Shown here piece after piece: positions 60,384-64,000 of a DNA stretch of 64,000 nucleotides; position 1 is the first letter of the stretch; each line of letters opens with the position of its first letter. Source of the stretch: Dicyema japonicum. Taxonomy: Eukaryota > Animalia > Dicyemida. The notes under the pieces were generated by a model that was not told the DNA's origin, searched no databases, and saw only the letters and a program-made list of their open reading frames with translations. The position numbers were made by a program, and so were the translations under genes. The stretch lies in the NCBI GenBank assembly GCA_011109175.1, contig RDEW01000011.1, positions 1,078,091 through 1,142,090 on the forward strand. Direction: 5' to 3'.

Positions 60384-60838
60384 CAGTCCCTCTGTATAAT
60401 TCAATAACGTGGGCAATGCTCAAAGATAAAGAACTTGTGATAGATTTGTTTGACCAAAGAAAGTTCACTTCGGATTGAATTGACCAAATAAAATAGACAA
60501 GAGTGCTTTTTATAATGTTTGATACGCTTGTTCTTTCAGTCTCGAGATCACTGATTTGAAAAGGAGGCTCATTATTGAGATTGGAAATGGGTATGTTAGC
60601 TAATATAGCAAAGGAGGAGTATTTCATTGAGAAAGGAGCACATTTCTATAGACGCTCACGAGTCACATTTCTTGGGATACTTGATGCTGATCTCAAGTAC
60701 TTTAAAATAAAACGTGGATAACAATTTCATAATTTGAGAGATTAGTCACGACCGTGTTAGGTGACCGTCTTAGTAATTATAAATACAATATTTCCACCAT
60801 ATAATTCACACTTGTATTAACAAACTCCTACTTTTTTG

Positions 60839-63658
60839 ATGAGGTGGTTACGTGCCTCGTTTCCTGATTGGATCGCAATTGAGAAAAATGTCTAAAAGGC
60901 AAGGGATACAAAGGGATGCATCTCGTCTAAAGGTCCCTACGTTCAATGCTGGAGGCTTATCTACGATCTGGTCGAGGAAGATTCTTTGTGACGACCTGGA
61001 GAGATACGACGTATCTATTGGGAGCCTACAAAAGACGAAAGTTACTTGTAGCCTTGATGAGAACTATGGCGAATATCGAATTATATGTCAGCCGAGCGAC
61101 TAAAAATATTATGGACTTGGATTTGCCATCCACTCAAAGTTGACAAGTGCAGTCCACCGTATATGGATTGTGAATGACAGGATCTGTGTTATACAAATCC
61201 GACTAAACGACTTGCCTCCTTTGAAGAGCTTTCTGACAATTGTAAATGTTTATGCGCCACACTGCGAGAGAGTAGCGAAAGATCCGACAGAACTAGACGA
61301 CTTATATTCAACACTGTTACGGACGTACAACTAATTTGAGTCGTCATCACTAATACTCATTGCTGGCGATTTGAATGCGAAAATCGGGATGAAAAATAAC
61401 CCGGATGATGTTTTCTTGGGAGAACATGGACGTGGAATAAGAAACCTACCCGGGAAATACTTGGTCACTTTTGTATGGCAAACAACCTTTTCCTATGCAA
61501 TACTGCATTTACGCATCCTGCCTGCCACAAAACTACGTGGATGGGGAAGCGAAGGAACTCAGAGGGAAAGCTGGTCCCAATATAAAACCAAATAGATTAT
61601 GTCATATGCCGGGCTAAAGACAAACACCTTCTAGTAAACGCACGTTCATATGAAGGCTCGACGACTGTCAGCGACCACAAGATGGTTATTGCGACCTTCA
61701 CCCTGAAAAACCAAAGTCGACTAACCATAAAAGACGAGAACGGTGAGCTGATACTGGACACCAAAGAACAAACTGAAGCCATCGCGGCACACTTTGAGAA
61801 GCTTTTCAACATCAAAAACAAAGAAATCCACCCATTTGATGGAAGGCCAAGACCCCTTGAGATACCAATCACGGCCGAGGAAATCAAAACGGCCTGCCGA
61901 AAACTCAAGAATAACAGAAGCCACCACCAAAGAACAAACTGAAGCCATCGCGGCTCACTTTGAGAAGCTTTTCAACATCAAAACCATAGAAATCCACCCA
62001 TTTGATGGAAGGCCAAGACCCCTTGAGATACCAATCACGGCCGAGGAAATCAAAACGGCCTGCCGAAAACTCAAGAATAACAGAAGCCCCGGACCAGATG
62101 CGATATATCCAGAATTACTGAAATACGGCCCTGACCTCCTTTTTGAAGAAATTCGCTACACTACTAAATGAAACCATTAAATTTATTATTAGGAAACATG
62201 AGTAGTTAATTACTGAGTCCAGCGGATATGATCGAGTGGCTGTTACCTCTGACTACTGCCAGGGATATCCTTTGGAAAAGTTTTCAACGAAATGTTTTCA
62301 ACTAACTCAACTCTACCTCTGGGGGACTACTAATCCCCATACAAAAAACCAACAAAAACAAAGGACCGCTTGAAAATTTGCGACCCATCATACTACTAAA
62401 TTCATTACGCAAAGTCATAGCAAACATTGTGCTTGAACGAATAAAAAGATCTGCTTACAAATACCTACCAGATAGTCAAAGTGGTTTTCGAGAAGGGAGA
62501 TCCACAGATGATACGGTCTGGAGTCACAGATGAAGGTGTGCAACATATCAAAGATACCGTAACGCCACCAATATTCTGGGAATTGACCTATCAAGAGCTT
62601 TTGATACGGTTAACAGGAACAAATTAATGGGGGTACTGAGCGGATTTCTTGATGAGTCAAGTCTAAGGATGACCCGAATTCTACTTTCCAACACTGAGCT
62701 CCTTGTGAGAGTCGGAAAGACCTATTCAAGAAAATTTGAAACAAACACGGGCACTCCACAAGGAGACTCTCTTTCTCCTCTACTATTCACAATTTATCTG
62801 GAAACCGCTATGAAGGAATTTAGACCGTTATACCAAGGAACGACGGAAGAAGTGATCTACGCGGACGATGTAGACCTAATTTCTGAAGACAAAGAGGTCC
62901 TGGAAAATCTATTAGAAAAAGCACCAGATGTACTAGGGAAATGGTTTCTTACTGTGAACAGAGAAAACAGAACTCAAAGAGATAAGAAGGATGAGTAACG
63001 TCCTAGAAAAGAAGTGGCGACACGTAAAGAAACTCGGTTCACTTATGGGAAATAGCGAAGATATTTTACGTAGGAAAACTCTAGCCAATGCTGGGTTATA
63101 TAAACTGAAGAATCTATGGCTCAATCAAAAAAGCATCGACACAAAAATGAGAATCCTATTATACGACTCATTCATAAACCCCGTACTTTTATGTAACGCT
63201 GGAACTTGGGCGACCTCATCAGCGGATATGGAAAAACTAGACTCGTTCCACAGAGGTCAACTGAGAAAAATAACAGGAACTACTTGGCCTACGAGAATAT
63301 CGAGGAATGCTTTATATAAGAGATGCAGAACTTAGAAGTACTGGTATCCCGATAGAAGTTCTTTGGACACGTGCTGAAAATGGAATTAACATCCCCACCG
63401 AACATATCTATGGAAACATACTATGTTAGTCAAGAAGGCCGCTATCGTGGAAGACCTAGAACAACACTGCCAATAGTCTTACAAAAAGACCTGGTCAATA
63501 TCAAAAGAAATCTAAAAAATGCCGACGACCTGGACAACATGAGAGCCTTGGCTAGGAACAGGGAAGCATGGGAAATGATGACATCTAACCTTGTTTCTTT
63601 TGCTGCACATGCGGGGCTATAATCAGTATAACTCTCGTGAAGTGCTTAAATAATAATA
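60839..63658 (+). mobile_element. Degenerate RTE-clade LINE with (TAA)n tail
   Basis: TFNAGGL, NVYAP, GDLNAK, QIDY, SDH, LRPIILL, IDLSRAFD, GTPQGDSLSP, YADD. Internal ~165-bp tandem duplication at 61758-62087. Confidence 0.9.
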
Positions 63659-64000
63659 TGGAGAATGTAGATGTACTCTCTCAAGTTCAAACTGTAACTC
63701 ACAGTAATAGCTTCTGGATTTTCTTGAAAGTCAGATTCCTCTATACTTTTTTTCAAAAACAGTATTAAATAAAATTATTCCAAAGACAAAGGTAAAACCA
63801 AACTAACTAACTCCTAGATCCTGAATCGCTCCAGCATTCCAGAACTTGTATTCAGGTGATGAAATTATCTTCCTATCGAAAGAATAGTTGGATCTTTTTG
63901 AATGCCGGTCAGGCATTGGGATTTTCCTAGTAAGGTGGATCCACTGACGGCATCAGAGGGAAGAAAGATAAAATAATAAGCACCACATGACGCTATCGGC

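Overview
This is AT-rich eukaryotic DNA, most likely from an animal, and it is dominated by transposable elements. I can support three host genes (VTA1, a zDHHC3/7-like palmitoyltransferase, and an SH2D5-like PTB+SH2 adaptor), a duplicated 98-aa orphan gene and a tRNA-Arg(TCT). Most introns are only 21-24 nt. That points to a highly reduced metazoan such as a dicyemid or myxozoan-type parasite, but the taxon cannot be fixed from this window. The TE content includes RTE, Jockey/I/R1-type, Ingi-like (some with a 2A motif) and CRE-type (RLE) non-LTR retrotransposons, a tRNA-headed SINE with an RTE-like tail, and relics of Tc1/IS630, pogo, MULE-like, Ginger, piggyBac and hAT elements. The most striking structure is at 6569-12276. 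There, five successive non-LTR insertion events from two distinct LINE families all occurred at the same nucleotide (…attaaacc^ggacgatt…) inside a TIR DNA transposon, building a head-to-tail array. This looks like a site-specific retrotransposon system, and its ORF1/ORF2 junction carries a canonical-looking -1 frameshift signal. About 17.6-57.2 kb is an old tandem segmental duplication with reciprocal gene loss. Several frameshifts in host genes fall in G/C homopolymers and are probably assembly errors. All calls were made by eye with no database searches, and element boundaries without TSDs are approximate.
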